DNA from: Octopus sinensis
Taxonomy: Eukaryota
DNA length: 64,000 nucleotides
Direction of reading: 5' to 3'
Assembly (NCBI RefSeq): GCF_006345805.1
Contig: NC_042998.1
Span: forward strand, 83,576,001 to 83,640,000
Positions 28,835 through 42,110 of this stretch are shown one piece after another. Position 1 is the first letter of the stretch. Each line of letters starts with the position of its first letter. The position numbers were made by a program, and so were the translations under genes. The notes under the pieces are model-generated. The model searched no databases. It was not told the origin of the DNA and was given only the letters and a program-made list of their open reading frames with translations.

Positions 28835-31800
28835 TCAAATATAAATAGTTTTGGAAAGTTTTTTCGGCCAGTGAACAGTTCTGCCTGACCTCGTAACATA
28901 AGGTCTGTTCGAGGCAGGCTGCGACGACGAAGGTGGTGTTGTCGATGTTGGTGTTGATAATGGTGCATGTGTAAATAGTGGTGTTGTCAAAGGTGCATGT
29001 GAAGGTTCAACGATGGTTGTGGCAGTGGGGTCATTAAAAGATGTGGACACCTCAAAATATGCCCTTTTAAGACGATCTACGGAGACGGTCTCCGAACGAC
29101 CGTTAATTTCAAGTTTGAATACCTTCGGCGTGCGAGAAATCACACGAAAAGGTCCTTTATAAGGAGAAACAAGAGGTCCTTTGACAGAATCATCACGAAT
29201 AAAAACATGCGTCCAAGAATTAAGGTCTGATGGCACACTAGAAGGAGGATTTTGGTGTCGAGGGTCCATAGGAGGAAGGGCAGAAAAATATCTGCGTAAT
29301 CGAGCAACATAAGACTCTAAATTAAGAGACTGTGACTTGTCTGGCACCAACATCGTACCAGGCAATGCCAGTGTGGTACTATACAAGAGCTCGGCAGACG
29401 AAAAACCAAGGTCTGCTTTAATCGCAGTCCGACATCCAAGCAGGACGATCGGTAGAAATTCAGTCCATGACTGTGGATTCGGCGAGGCACGCAAAGCGGC
29501 CTTAAGTTGCCTATGGAAACGCTCCACCATCCCATTAGAAGCGGGGTGGTAACTTGTGGTGCGTATATGATGCATCCCCAGGATTCGTGATAACTCACGA
29601 AACAATGCAGACTCGAATTGTCGACCACGATCTGTGGTTAAACTGTACGGTACACCATACCTCGAAATCCAATTAGATACGAAAGCCCTCGCAACAGTTT
29701 CAGCTGACATGTCTACTATAGGAATAGCTTCCGGCCAGCGTGAAAAACGATCAATACAAGTTAAAATGTATGAGAACCCGCGACTCACAGGCCATGGTCC
29801 AACCAAATCAAGGTGGATATGGCGAAAACGGGCTTCAGGAGAGGAAAATTGTCCAAGTGGAGCACGAACGTGTCTATGGACTTTAGCACTCTGGCACCTC
29901 AAACAAGAGCGTGCCCAAGAGGTAATTGATCGTCGCATATTGGGCCAGAAGAACCGAGCAGTAACAAGCTTTACTGTGGCAGAGATACCTGGATGTGACA
30001 GTGAATGAAGAGCATCAAACACAGAACGTTGATGTTTCTCAGGTACTAATGGTCTAGGTGAACCGGTAGAAACGTCACAAAGAATAGAGCCTTCCGCTGT
30101 AGGGAGCGGAAGGTAGTCAAACTTACAGTTAATAAACTTAGGCGAAGTTAAATCCAACTCCTCTAAAGGTGGTTGATCCTGCGAAATAGCAGTTAAATCA
30201 ATTGCTGCAGGAGAGGAAATGGAATTGACAGGGAGTCTAGAGAGAGCATCTGCAGGGACGTTCTCACTGCCTGGCACATGCCTAATGTCACTTGTAAATT
30301 GAGAAATATAGTCCAGGTGACGGAAAGCACGAGGAGAGAGTTTATCCGTTTTAGAAGATAATGCAAAAGTAAGGGGCTTGTGATCAGTATAAATCACAAA
30401 CTCTCGTCCCTCGAGCTGGTGTTGAAAATGCCGAACTGACAGATAGATCGCTAGTAACTCTCGATCAAAGGTACTATATCTGCGTTCAGCTGGCTTTAGC
30501 TGACAAGAAAAGAAAGCTAAAGGTTTAACTTCACTCTCTACGGTGTGCTGCAAAACAGCGCCAATTGCAGACTCTGATGCGTCCACAGATAAAGTAAGTG
30601 GAGCATTAGGAGCCGGATGTGCCAAAATAGGGACTGAAGCTAGTTCCTTTTTAACCAACTCAAAGGCAGACAGTGCTTCAGCCGAAAGAGTAAGACGGGC
30701 GTCCTTCTTGGAATTGCCCTTTAGCATTTGTGTTAAAGGTAACAACTTGTCCGCACACCGATCTATGAAACGTCTATAGAAATTTACTATGCCTAAAAAA
30801 TGGCGAAGTTGACGCAAAGAAGAAGGTGGTGCGATGCGCTGAATAGCATCGACTTTGGATGAGAGTGGTTTGATTCCTCTCGAGTCAATATAATGACCGA
30901 GAAAATTAAGAGATGGTTGCCCAAAAACACACTTGTCTGGATTAATGCGAACACCATAGTCGCGAAGACGCTGAAAAAGCTGAGACAAGTGCAGGAGATG
31001 ATTTTCATGCGTATCACTTGCGATTAGAATATCATCGACATACGCGAACACAAAATCAAGTCCGCGAACAACTTCATCTATAAACCGTTGGAAAGTACTA
31101 GTGGCATTCCTCAAACCAAAACTCATAAATAAAAATTCGAAACAGCCAAAAGGAGTAGTAATTGCTGTTTTAGGAATATCGTCTGAGTTGACCGGTATTT
31201 GATGGTAGGCACGTATCAGGTCAACCTTAGAAAAAATAGTACAGCCATGTAAATTTGCCGAAAAATCGTTTAAAATCCTTATGGGATATTTGTCCGGAAT
31301 CGTCACCGAATTTAGACGCCGATAATCTCCCACCGGGCGAAAATCTGTATCCCCTTTTCTTACTAAATGAAGGGGAGATGCCCATGGACTGGTGGAGGGG
31401 CGTATCAGACCGAGCTGGAGCATATGCTCAAACTCAGCCCTAGCAGTTTTAAGTCGATCAGGTGCAAGACGCCTTGGACGTGAAAAAACAGGAGGTCCAG
31501 TTGTTGTTATAAAGTGTCGTGTCGAATGCAATGGCTTAGCCACCCTAAAGGTAACATCATATAGCTCTGGAAAAGAAGCTAAAAGAGAGTGAAAAACATC
31601 TCCAGATGTACCGACAAAAAATGTCGGGCTAAGAGCTAAATTGGTAGATTCTCCGGTCGGCGTGGAGAGTGTAGTCGAACTATCGACCAACCTCCGACGT
31701 CTGACATCTACCAACAAATCAAATTTATCCAGAAAATCCGCACCTAAAATAGGATGCGGAATGTCGGCAATGACAAAAACCCATTGAAAGTCTCGTCGAA

Positions 31801-32047
31801 GACCAATATCAAGGCGCAACGAGATCTGACCGAATGTGGCTATTGGTGACGAGTCAATAGCGTGCAAGATGACGTTAGATCGCTTTGGCCTGTCGGTTGT
31901 GCAACGCAGAGGCCAAATACTGCAACAAGAACCAGTGTCCACCATGAAGTTTTTCTTCGACACTAGATCTTTAACAAAGAATGCACGATAACCAGAAAAT
32001 GTTGTGGAGGAAGTTGACGTGCTCAAATTCTCCGAATCTAGTTTAAA
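28835..32047 (-). CDS. pol: Gypsy Pol polyprotein (protease-RT-RNase H-integrase), uninterrupted
   Basis: 1063-aa ORF 28835-32026: [32 protein letters not shown] zinc-binding region, [34 protein letters not shown]; entered by -1 frameshift at TTTAAAC. Confidence 0.95.
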   Translation of the reverse strand, partial: FKLDSENLSTSTSSTTFSGYRAFFVKDLVSKKNFMVDTGSCCSIWPLRCTTDRPKRSNVILHAIDSSPIATFGQISLRLDIGLRRDFQWVFVIADIPHPILGADFLDKFDLLVDVRRRRLVDSSTTLSTPTGESTNLALSPTFFVGTSGDVFHSLLASFPELYDVTFRVAKPLHSTRHFITTTGPPVFSRPRRLAPDRLKTARAEFEHMLQLGLIRPSTSPWASPLHLVRKGDTDFRPVGDYRRLNSVTIPDKYPIRILNDFSANLHGCTIFSKVDLIRAYHQIPVNSDDIPKTAITTPFGCFEFLFMSFGLRNATSTFQRFIDEVVRGLDFVFAYVDDILIASDTHENHLLHLSQLFQRLRDYGVRINPDKCVFGQPSLNFLGHYIDSRGIKPLSSKVDAIQRIAPPSSLRQLRHFLGIVNFYRRFIDRCADKLLPLTQMLKGNSKKDARLTLSAEALSAFELVKKELASVPILAHPAPNAPLTLSVDASESAIGAVLQHTVESEVKPLAFFSCQLKPAERRYSTFDRELLAIYLSVRHFQHQLEGREFVIYTDHKPLTFALSSKTDKLSPRAFRHLDYISQFTSDIRHVPGSENVPADALSRLPVNSISSPAAIDLTAISQDQPPLEELDLTSPKFINCKFDYLPLPTAEGSILCDVSTGSPRPLVPEKHQRSVFDALHSLSHPGISATVKLVTARFFWPNMRRSITSWARSCLRCQSAKVHRHVRAPLGQFSSPEARFRHIHLDLVGPWPVSRGFSYILTCIDRFSRWPEAIPIVDMSAETVARAFVSNWISRYGVPYSLTTDRGRQFESALFRELSRILGMHHIRTTSYHPASNGMVERFHRQLKAALRASPNPQSWTEFLPIVLLGCRTAIKADLGFSSAELLYSTTLALPGTMLVPDKSQSLNLESYVARLRRYFSALPPMDPRHQNPPSSVPSDLNSWTHVFIRDDSVKGPLVSPYKGPFRVISRTPKVFKLEINGRSETVSVDRLKRAYFEVSTSFNDPTATTIVEPSHAPLTTPLFTHAPLSTPTSTTPPSSSQPASNRPYVTRSGRTVHWPKKLSKTIYI

Positions 32048-32767
32048 GACTTATAAGTGCATGGCTGTGTGCACCTATGTGCATTCTCTCTATACTTGGA
32101 GTGGTACCAACACAGTCCAGACTTAGACAGTGTTGATCTCGAGGATGAACGACTGCGACTCCGCGATTTTGAAGATCGCTTACCATCGCGACACATCGCG
32201 TCCATCCTTTTAGTGAGGGTTTCTATTAGTTTAGAAAGCCCCTCAATTGAGGCCGAAGAGGTTTGTGAACAGGCACAAGCAGACCGTGACGATGGTTGAA
32301 CGGCAAATTCAACCATCTTATCAGCCATCGTTGCTATTTGGTCCACTGTATTTGTCTCTAAGCCGGTTGCCAAAACGGTCTGTATATAGGCGGGCAACCT
32401 CGAAAAAAAAAATCTTCCGAAGGAGGGGGGCGTCTGATGCATTATCACTTAACTCCCTCAGTCTTCGTAAAAATTCTGACGGAGTTCTATCCCCTAGTTG
32501 CTCATCTGCCATTAACTCGTTGAAACGACTTTCCTCGCTTCGTGTATTTCTTTTTTCAACCTCTAATTTAACAGACGCATAAGTAGCGCCTGGACTAGGG
32601 TCTGTGATAAGGTCCCTTGCTGAAGATGCCAGTTGCGGCGGCATGCAACCATAAAGGATTTGCAACTGCTGCTCGGGAGTAATACTTTGTGCACGAAATT
32701 GTGCCTCTAACTGTGAAAACCACAATGTGGCATCACCTGTAAAAGTAGGTAACGAACCCATAAACAT
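32038..32767 (-). CDS. gag: Gypsy Gag, split by one extra T in a T10 run
   Basis: [51 protein letters not shown]; frame break at 32403-32412. Confidence 0.85.
32041..32047 (-). other. -1 ribosomal frameshift slippery heptamer T TTA AAC at the end of gag
   Basis: TCT TTA AAC TAG; the -1 frame reads [14 protein letters not shown] into Pol. Confidence 0.8.
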
Positions 32768-35700
32768 TTTGTAGCCTTTTATTCACTAGATGACTCTGTC
32801 AAATGGAAAAAAGAAAACTGACAACGAACCAACGCTGAACAGACGCAACAAGGAAAAACAAAGGGAAAAAAGAAAGGAAGAAAGAAAGAAAGACCAACAA
32901 TTGAACCAATAAATTTTGAATGTGCAATTTACAAAAAAAAATGTTTTTTTTGTTTTTTTTTTGTTTGTACTGTGTGCACAGAGAATAGAAAAAAAATTCT
33001 TTTCTTTTTTTGTTTTTTACCAACCTTCGTCGCGTTTTAATCGAGAAAAAAAAATTTCTTCTCTTTTTTTTTTTCTTCCGTGCGTGAGTGCAGATGAAGA
33101 AACAAACTGTTGAAAGGGACTGGAAAACAGGTTGGTCGTGTTTCAGACTTGGCAGAAAAACTGGATTTTTTTCTTTTTGTTGAGTGTTCTCTGGAACTTC
33201 GGGGTCACCACTGTAAGGAAATGTGAATATCTTCTCCGGACCTTTTGGGGGGATGCGAGAAGCAATCACTTTCCGTTGCTTTTATATCCAGACTCTACCA
33301 GTCAAAGAAACACAAAACGCAGACGTAAAAAAATAGATATACTTTATTGTTTTATGGTGAGAGATCAGTGGTATATCTGATGTCCTTGGTTCTGGGCGCG
33401 CAAGGCTGAAAGTTAATCGATTGTAATATTTACAATGTTCAGCCGCTAAAAACAGAACGGGTCAAAAATGGCGTCCGGAGGAAGAAGATGATGTTGACTG
33501 CAACAATTCAGGTTAAAAGTCTTCGGCCAAAAGACTGCTGCTATCAAAACCGGAGAGAGAGCGAATTAAACGTCTGCTTCTATGAAAAGCCTGCCGCTGT
33601 CTGCCGGACGCTAATGGTCAACGCTTTACGCCCCCTTGCCTCTTTGTTAAGGCTCACGCTCCCTTGCCTCTTTGTTAAGGCTCGCGCTCCCTTGCCTCTA
33701 TAAGCTAAGGCCACGTCAGCAAAATTCCCTCTTCCGGACTTCGTGTATTCGCGAGAGGGCGTTGCGCGCGCACGCTGTTGTATAGGATCACTACAAGACC
33801 ATATATAATCCCCCATCATAGCAGTATTCCATCGTCCTTGGTACTTTCTTTCCATTGTTGCGACATCCTGATGAAATCTCTCACCATGATACTCACTTCA
33901 TGGCGTTTCCTGTACACAGATGTCTTGCAGTCTTCCCCCAGTAGATTCCATTCCTTCAACTTTCATGAAAGTTCAGCTCCTGACTTAGAAAGACCCAGAT
34001 CCCTGATTAAATCATCTAGCTCACTCTGATTTGGAAAGTGAGGCTCTGAAGTCGTTCATGGTACGAAATTTCCTCCATTTCTTGCTGCTGCTATTTGCCG
34101 ACTCTTCAGATGAAATATTTTCTGGTGGTAATGGTACTCGCAAACTGTCAGGTGCTCTAGATGATGGTATGTCTGGATACTGAAGAGCTTGTCTTCTTTT
34201 CACTTTTCTGTACTTTGTCACATCGATCATACAAAAGTAACAGTCATCGTGATGGTTCTTTGGCTCTCTCTATACCCTTGGAATGGCAAAAGGCATTGAC
34301 CTTCCTGTACCTCTTAACCATCATTCTAAAGTAGACTGACAGCTTCCACATATCACATGTTGGGGCCCATGGTTTGTCCTGGTCCCCCATGGGCATTCCG
34401 AAATAGTCTGTACGCTGTCCACAATTTAGCACCTTTCACGATCTTATGTAATACCTGCTTTTTTCCAATATAATAACCACACACATAGCAAAATGTATCT
34501 GGAGAATTTTTACATACTCTAGTAGCCATCCTGAAAGTAGCACAACTTAGTAATTGGTCTGAAAGAGAAAATTAGACATACATTTAGTAGCGGAACGTTA
34601 TATAATAACATTGAAAGTCGACATATTTTTTTAACTGTTGATGATACACAAAAAATAATTTCATTTTTGGAATCAGCAGAAAAAATGGATTGATAAACAA
34701 TAAAAAAAAATACAATAAACAATTTTTTTTTTTTGAAAGTTGTTACGTTGTGTAATTCTTCACTACATGCAAAATGTTGACAACTGCTACACTGTAACAG
34801 ACAAATGAATATATGTTAAAAACATGGGATATAAAAATATGAAGCAAAGATTTACTGTTGGTGTGTGCCATATGGTGGGCAATACATATATGCACCCAAG
34901 CAGAAACAAGTTGGCGCGTTGAAAGAGATGTGCGTCTATTGATTACTCAACCCACTAGAGGTCTAATAGAGGCAATGTGTCTTTCATTGGCGCAAAAGAT
35001 CAAATGGTAGCACACATGAGAATGTGACTGTGGAATTGTGTGTGTAAGCACACGGGTAGTTAAATATTTTTACAAGAAGGCAAAGCATTTTAAAAAGAAA
35101 GCAAAAAATATGTACATACGAAAAATGAAAGAAATGTTCATCGAAAAAAGTTCGTTTGTGAAATGTTCAGTAAATGTTCATACAGAGTTTTTCGTTGATG
35201 TGGAACAACGTTTTTTTGTTTTCCTTTTTTCTTTATGTATACAAATGTTCGTTGATTTCTTTGGGTTTGTATGTGGGTGAAGCAGTCATGTGAGTTATGT
35301 ATTGATGTATGTATTTCATTTAAGAATATGGGTAGGTTAAGAGTTGGGACTTACCCGAAAAACTTGCACAAACCTTGCTGGCCATCGAACTGTTCTTCCC
35401 GATTTGGTGTGCCGGGCTTGTGCAGAATCTGTTGTGTTTGCTGGAGTTGGTGAGTCCGTTCGAGGAACAGAGGGAACTGAACGTAAGTCCTCCTCAATGA
35501 AGGCTTTTTTCAAACGGTCAATCGATACCGTATTTCGTTTACCTCCAATATCGAGAACGAAATACTTCTGTTCTCTTTTGATAACTTTGTAGGGCCCGGA
35601 ATATGGTGGCCGAAGTTGAGATGGTATTCCATCATTCCTCACGAAAACATGAGTCCAAGTGTTGATGTCTTTTGGGACATGTGAAACGACGTTCTGTTGT

Positions 35701-36153
35701 CTGGGGCCTGCAGGTGACAAATGCAACATGGATGTCTGTAATCGGTGCACATATTGTGCTGGGTCATGAAAGTCTTGTGATGAAACAGGTTTGATCATCT
35801 GCCCAGGTAAGGTGAGTGCTGTGCCATAGACGAGTTCAGCCAAAGTATATCCAACTTCCTTCTTAACCGTGGATCGAATACCAAGGAGGGTGAGAGGGAG
35901 ATGTTCCAGCCAGTGAGAACTACCTGAAGATGCTTTAATAGATGCCTTGAGTTGGCGGTGAAAACGTTCGACCATGCCATTTGCTGCAGGGTGGTAAGAT
36001 GCAGTACCGGTGTGTCTACACCCGAGGAGACGAGTTAGCTTGGTGAAGAGGTGGGAATCGAACTGACATCCTCTGTCGGTGGTGATTGTTGCGAGTGTGC
36101 CAAAACGCGAAACCCATTGTGATATCAAAGTTTTGGCTACCTCTTCTACTGAT

Positions 36154-36510
36154 GTATATATAATAAATAATAATGAAATTATTGTATACAGTGCTCAGGT
36201 GCACCACAACTTGTCAAAAAGTGCGTATAAAGTATAGGTAGTAATGTACAAATGTCTGGAAAGCGAACAGTGTATGAGTCAGATACATGCTTGCGTGTGT
36301 ATGGAGGGGAGAAAATCAGGTGTAGTGTTGGCGAATCTCAGGAAGCATGGAAGTTTTGAAGGATGCAGTGCTCCGACAACTAACAACTGATGCCGACAGA
36401 CTGTTCCATGGTTCAGCAACTCTTAGCGTGAAAAAAATGTTTCCTAAAGTCATGGGAGCTGTGCTGTTTCCTGACTTTGTAAACATATCCACGGGTGTTA
36501 GACAGGTGGA
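36154..36510 (-). mobile_element. CR1-type LINE 3' end inserted in the Gypsy B integrase
   Basis: Splits PLSE|TSVEEVAK; same family as 62551-63380 (LHLSNTRGHVYKVRKQHSSHDFRKHFF). Confidence 0.88.
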
Positions 36511-39500
36511 GTTTCAGATAAGGGCCAAGCTTCGGGCTACCGCGAAAAACGATCCACGCAGGTAAGCAAATGTGTATAATTCTGCGAAGGTGGCAGAGGT
36601 CCCACGATGTCAATGTGAACGTGCTGAAATCGTGCATAGGGTTGCGAAAAGGAACCGATTGGTGATTTTATGTGCCGGTAGATTTTCGCTTTTTGGCACA
36701 CGACACAGCAGTTGATCCATTCTCTGATATCTTTGTTGATACTGGTCCACACAAAACGGGTCGATATCAACTTTTGAGTGGAGCGAATACCAGGATGTGA
36801 CAGAGAATGCAGAGCAGAGAAAAAACTTCTCGACAATGTTTCTGTGGTACATAAGGGTGTTGGTGACCGTTGGAGATATCACACCAAATATGGGCTGTGG
36901 ACGATGGTAGCGGAACATGCTGAAATTTCAGAGATGACGAATCCCGGAGCTTTAGAAGTTCTTCGTCATTCTCCTGGTCAGCTGCTATACGTGCCAGATC
37001 AATTGTAGCCGTGGTGTGGATAGCATTGATCTGCGTGCGTGAAAGTGCATCGGCTGCTAAGTTGGTCGTCCCTTTGATGTGGCGTATATCCGTCGTATAC
37101 AGCGATATGAAGTCGAGGTGGCGGATTTCTCTCGGCGTGTGGCGATCCGGCTTGGTGTTAAATGCATATACCAGTGGTCTGTTGTTTGTGTATATGGCAA
37201 AATTGGCACCTTCTAGCATGTGACAGAAATGCTTAACGGCCAGGTATGCCGCTAATAATTCCCGACTGAATGTGCTTCATTTTGTTTCAGCGGGTTTCAA
37301 CGGCTTAGAAAAGAAGGACAACGGTTGCCATATGCCGTCAACAAGATGCTGTAGTACACCTCCAACTCCGGAATCGGATACATCAACGGGTAAACACAGT
37401 GGGGCGTCTGGTTTTGGATAAACAAACATTGTAGCGTTGGATAACGCTTTTTTTCAGGGCAGCAAAAGAAGCGAGTTGATCTTCATTCAGGGCAATTTCC
37501 GTATTTTTGCAAGTTCGCTGACGTAGCAAATCCGTGAGCGGTTTCGCTATCTTAGCGAGGTGGGGTACGAACCTTCGATAGAAATTCATTCAACCGAGAT
37601 ACTCCCTTAATTTGCGGAGAGATGTGGGTGGTGGAAAAATAACGATGGCCTTGACTTTCTCAGGAAGGGAACGAATGCCATCCTTATCGATGATGTGCCT
37701 GAGGACTTGAAGGGAAGTAACTCCAAACGTACTTTGGTACGTTCGGAGTTGCTTCCCTTTATTACTGGGGTTGATAACAACACTGTATTTGCGCAAGCGT
37801 TCGAATAGCAAGTACAAGTGTTGGTCATGTTCTTCGTCCGAGCTACTGGCCACGACTATGTCGTCTATGTAGGCATAGACGAAAGGCAAACCTCTAGTAA
37901 CCATGTCGATAAACATTTGGAATGCCTGTGCCGCGTTGCGTAAACCGAAAGGCATACGCAGGAATTCAAACATTCCGAAGGGTGTAGTAACTGCTATCTT
38001 CGGGATGTCCGCAGGTTCCACTGGGATTTGGTTGTATGCTCGCACAAGGTCGATCTTGGAAAAGATGCGAGCTAGAAAAATCCTACTAATAGGTGCTGAA
38101 TATGCATCACTGACAGTACTTTTATTCAGCGATCGATAATCACCGCAAACCTGCCAATCGGTCGATGATTTTTTTGGGATGCAGTGTATCGGCGAGGACC
38201 AGTTGCTGCTAGACGGGTGGATGATTCCAAGGTCGAGCATGTGCTGAAATTTCCGCGTGACAGCCTTGAGACGATCAGGTGGTAACCTTCTGGGTCTTGC
38301 AGCAACAGGTGGACCGCTGGTTTTGATGTGATGGGTGACTTCGTGCTTGATCGGCTGGTTGTGGAATACTGGTCGAGCGACGTCCAGATATTCTTTCAGG
38401 ATAGCACTGTGACGAGTCATCGTTGTGAGCAATATAGTTAGGCTGACTGTGGCCATACGAGCGGCTATACCGCGCACAGTAAGCTGTGCGATGCTGTCGA
38501 CAAGTCGTTTGTTTTTAATGTCTACAAGGAGACCGAAATGATGCAGGAAATCGGCTCCTAAGATAGGGGTCGGCAGTTTAGCAATGACAAATACCCACTG
38601 AAGGGTGCGGCGTAGTCCTAAGTTCAGCGTTAGGGACTGTTCACCGAAGGTTGGAATGGGTGAGTGGTTAACTGCCTGAAGACAGACTAGTGTCTCTTTT
38701 CTTTTTCCTGAAGTGTTGGAAACAGGAATGATGCTGACTTCCGCGCCGGTGTCAACCAGGAAACGCGTGCCTGTTACACGATCGCAAACAAAAAACAGGC
38801 GACTTTGTGGGTGCGAGCCAGGAACTTCCATCGCGTTCAATTCCTGGCGGTGTCGTTTCCCAAACTAGGTGCTGAAAATGAGCATGGGATCGTGCATTTT
38901 TGCGCCCGTGTTACGAATTTTCGATGGTACCAACACGTTTCACGTGAATTGTGGGTAGCACTGGGACTTCGGGACCGTCTACCATATCGACGTGATCGGC
39001 TGCTGCTTTGATGCTGGATACCACGGGATAGGGCTTGTATCTGGTCTGTCAGAGCCTGTATCTGTGAAGCCCGCTGAGTGACCAATGCACGCAAGTCGGA
39101 AATTTCCGAAACACTAGACAACGAAAGGAAAGGGTTGGTGGCAGGAATCGCTGCCTGGAATGCCATGTCGACCGAGGATGTATTTTCCGCTGGGTTATGT
39201 TCTGGGAGAGCCATTGTGTTCGCAGGAACTCTCAGTACTGTTTCGTTGTCAGATGATGTGCAAGCTGTGATTCTTCGACGGGATCACGGAGCGTAGTGCT
39301 GAAATGGAAAAATTCAACCGCAGTACAAAAATGTCTTCATTTTTCAAATGCAGTTCGGTTGGTAAAGCTGGTTCAAGGGAAGGCCGCAATACGTTGACGG
39401 AGTCACCAAATGTAGTGGTTAATGTGTGTGCATCAGATGAACAGATGCAAAAGGAATGTGTATGCCTTTGAAGTAAACAAATGAGTGAATCGATTCATAG

Positions 39501-40269
39501 TTAAAAATAATTTATTGACTGGATTTAATTTGTCGTTGGTACACATAATTCTTCACTACATGTAAAATGTTGACAACTGCTATGAGTTACTAGAAATAGA
39601 AACAGGGTACATCTGTGGAAGTGATGTGTCAGAAATGAATATGCTTGTCTCTGTGTGTGTGTGTGTGCGTAGTTCATCTGAGATCAGTAGTCTACCGTGG
39701 AACTTCGAACATTTCTCTCGGGTCTCTGCGGTCATTCAAAACCTGTCGTGTCGTAGACCTTTCTCGTTTGCCTGCTAGGCCTTGCTTTCTTTTTGTCTGT
39801 CTGTTGATCACCGTATTTATAATAATCGTGGCAGCTAGAAGGACAGACATATTGCAGTAGAGTTTCTACCTAGATAGGTCAGCTCCTGTCCATTTGAACT
39901 TCGCCTGACATGGCTGAGGTCGTACGTCAAAGGGAGGCGATCAATCACTTTGACAGACCAAAGAAAACCTTTTTTCGCGCCTGTTAATCGTGGCGGTTTA
40001 GACGACCAAGAATTCTTAGATTCGGTTTCGAATCTAGACTTGGAGAAGGAAGTGTTAATTTTTACATGGTAAAGAACCCCTTCTGTCCATGGGATTGCAT
40101 TTCGAAAGTTCCCCTCTGAGGCACAAGTCCGAGCAAGGTTGTTTATGGAAGACCAGTAGTTGCCCATGCATGCCAGCCCCCACCCTTCTCCCTCTGATGT
40201 TATCCAAGGGAAAGACAAAGGCCGATGCAGCTTCGCATTAGTGACGTCGCAATTTATTTCTACAGCTGA

Positions 40270-40901
40270 AGGAGCAAGATTTCCGCCCGTCACCACAACC
40301 ACCCTTCTTAAAATTTTTTTTTTTCGATACAAGCTCCCCTTTTGGGCTGCGGAGAATACGAATCTGAAAAGAACTGGCAAAAATCGGCATTTTAAAATTA
40401 CTCTCACCCCCATTTCCTTCATTTTTTACTTTTGTCAGAATCCCCCCCCCCCCCCCCAAAAAAAAAAATATGCGGAAAAATACGGAGATTATGATTCTGA
40501 AAAAATTACCCAAAATTTTTGTGAATTTTTTTTTAAGAATTTTTTTTTTAAATTTGCGGGAAAATACGGACATTATGATTCGGACAAAAATTTCAAAACA
40601 TTTCTGTAGTTACGGTTAGGGTTAGGGTTTTAGGGTTAGGGCTAGGGCTAGGATTTTAGGGTTAGGGTTTTTGGGTTAGAGTTTGAGGGTTAGGGTTAGG
40701 AGTAGGGTTTGGGTTTAAGGTTAGGGTTAGTGTTGGAGGAAAAAAGAAGAATTTGGTGGGGGAAGGGGGGAATTTAACAATGCCGATTTTTGGCAATTTT
40801 CGGGAACCTCCGTATCCGAAAACGGGGGTTTTTGGCAAAAAGTTTTTTTTAAATAAACAAATTTGGGAGAAAATGGGGCGGTGACGGGCAGAAGTTTTCC
40901 T
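40270..40901. mobile_element. 632-bp TIR element (MITE) with a degenerate (TTAGGG)n core
   Basis: AGG...CCT termini, shared TTCYGCCCGTCACC, 4-bp TSD CTGA inside a SINE; telomeric tract 40614-40730. Confidence 0.75.
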
Positions 40902-42110
40902 CTGAATGAACTGGAGCAACGTGAAATAAAGTGTGTTGCTCAAGAACACAATCCGGTCCAGGAATCGAACTCATCACTTCATCAATGTGTGTCCGACGCT
41001 CTAACCGCTTAACTAAACTATGCTGAGATAAACGAACATATTTTAACAACTTTGCGGTTCCTGCTGTTGCTTGCAGAGATGTGTTCTACTATTTTAGAAG
41101 CGATTGATGTAATCGTTGGAGGTCAATAGTTTGGGAGATAAGATTTACACCATTTTTCTTTTCCTTTTTCTTTATCATTTTTTGTTGTTGTTTTTGCAGT
41201 CAACAGGAGCATTAGCAATATATATTGTCAAGGTTATTCTGTAAAGTTAGAATTCTTGTGTATCCACCAGTATGGGGTCAGAAACCAGTGATACTATCTA
41301 GTCAAGGAAAATGTGTGAGAGCTGACTATTGTAGCAAGACTTCTAACTAGTTTCGAACCACCTCGCTCAGATTCTTAGTTTAGAACAACGGCTTAACTGT
41401 ATTTCAATAAAATGTAAGACTATCCATAAGAAATTAACTGTATTTCCATAAAAGGCATAAACGCCTACGTGAACACAGTTCGACAAATCAGTATAATCTG
41501 ATATTTAACTAATAAAACAGTGTACTTGAAGAAAAGTTGTGTGAAAATTCCGGCCAAATAGTTTTGCCGTAGGTTCTAGAAACTTTGCTAAAAGTTATAT
41601 AAAAACTGAGATATTGAACTCCAAGACAGAACTCTCTTAGGTTCTCCACGGAACTCTGTCATTCGGTTCCATGATAGGTTTTCCCACTTTTTTCTACTTG
41701 TTCTGCCTGTAATAACTATGAACAATTATGTAATTGATTAAAATATTACTTCTATTTTACTCAGTGTAAACTTTAGACTATCATATGCACGATTATGTAT
41801 GTCTTTCAGTTCAATTAATTCATATGACATATGTAAAAACGTTAATATTACATCACTAAATAAATTAATATTATTTTTAGTACTAGGTTATCTTATTTTC
41901 CCCGTTTTAAAACACCACTTAAAAGTTTAATCCAGTTTAAAATATCAGCTATATTTTGTTTATTATGAGTGGCCGACAGAGGGACAACAACTAGAACCAA
42001 GGAATTGGATTTGGCTGACTTCTGTATACTCAACATATTTAGAAGATTACATCAAAGAGAATTGAGCGGACATTAACAGCACTAAATAACATTAGTGTCA
42101 TATTAGAAAA

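Larger units (their letters stand above)
28043..33795 (-). mobile_element. Young, near-intact Gypsy (Ty3/Gypsy) LTR retrotransposon (Gypsy A)
   Basis: LTRs 28043-28625 and 33212-33795 with about 4 differences; 4-bp TSD AGAC; PBS TGGTGACCCCGA (tRNA-Trp 3' end); PPT next to 28625. Confidence 0.97.
27659..34752 (-). mobile_element. Internally deleted CMC/Chapaev3-like DNA transposon
   Basis: TIR CACAAYGTAACA, 3-bp TSD TAA; transposase remnants GDQDKPWAP, LQYPDIPS, and MERKYQGRWNTAMMGDYIW|SLVRRD split by Gypsy A; family assignment from recalled motifs. Confidence 0.72.
27546..39582 (-). mobile_element. Older Gypsy LTR retrotransposon (Gypsy B), host of nested insertions
   Basis: LTR-type repeat tgtagtggttaatg... 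at 27546-27658 plus 34753-34790 and at 39411-39582; PBS TGGTGACTCCG; gag C-terminus 38837-39214; Pol remnants 35337-38840 ([14 protein letters not shown], RNase H, integrase) broken by stops and frameshifts. Confidence 0.85.

Noticed and set aside
32403-32412. Programmed frameshift within Gypsy A gag
   Set aside because: Removing one T from the T10 run restores RKIFFSRLP; more likely a homopolymer error or mutation.
39890-40100. Possible plus-strand LINE ORF1-like remnant (MAEVVRQREA...DDQEFLDSV)
   Set aside because: Broken frame and no diagnostic motif; left unassigned. If real it would be one exception to the minus-strand bias.
40614-40730. True telomere or chromosome-fusion scar
   Set aside because: Short, degenerate, single orientation, and enclosed by TIRs and a TSD.
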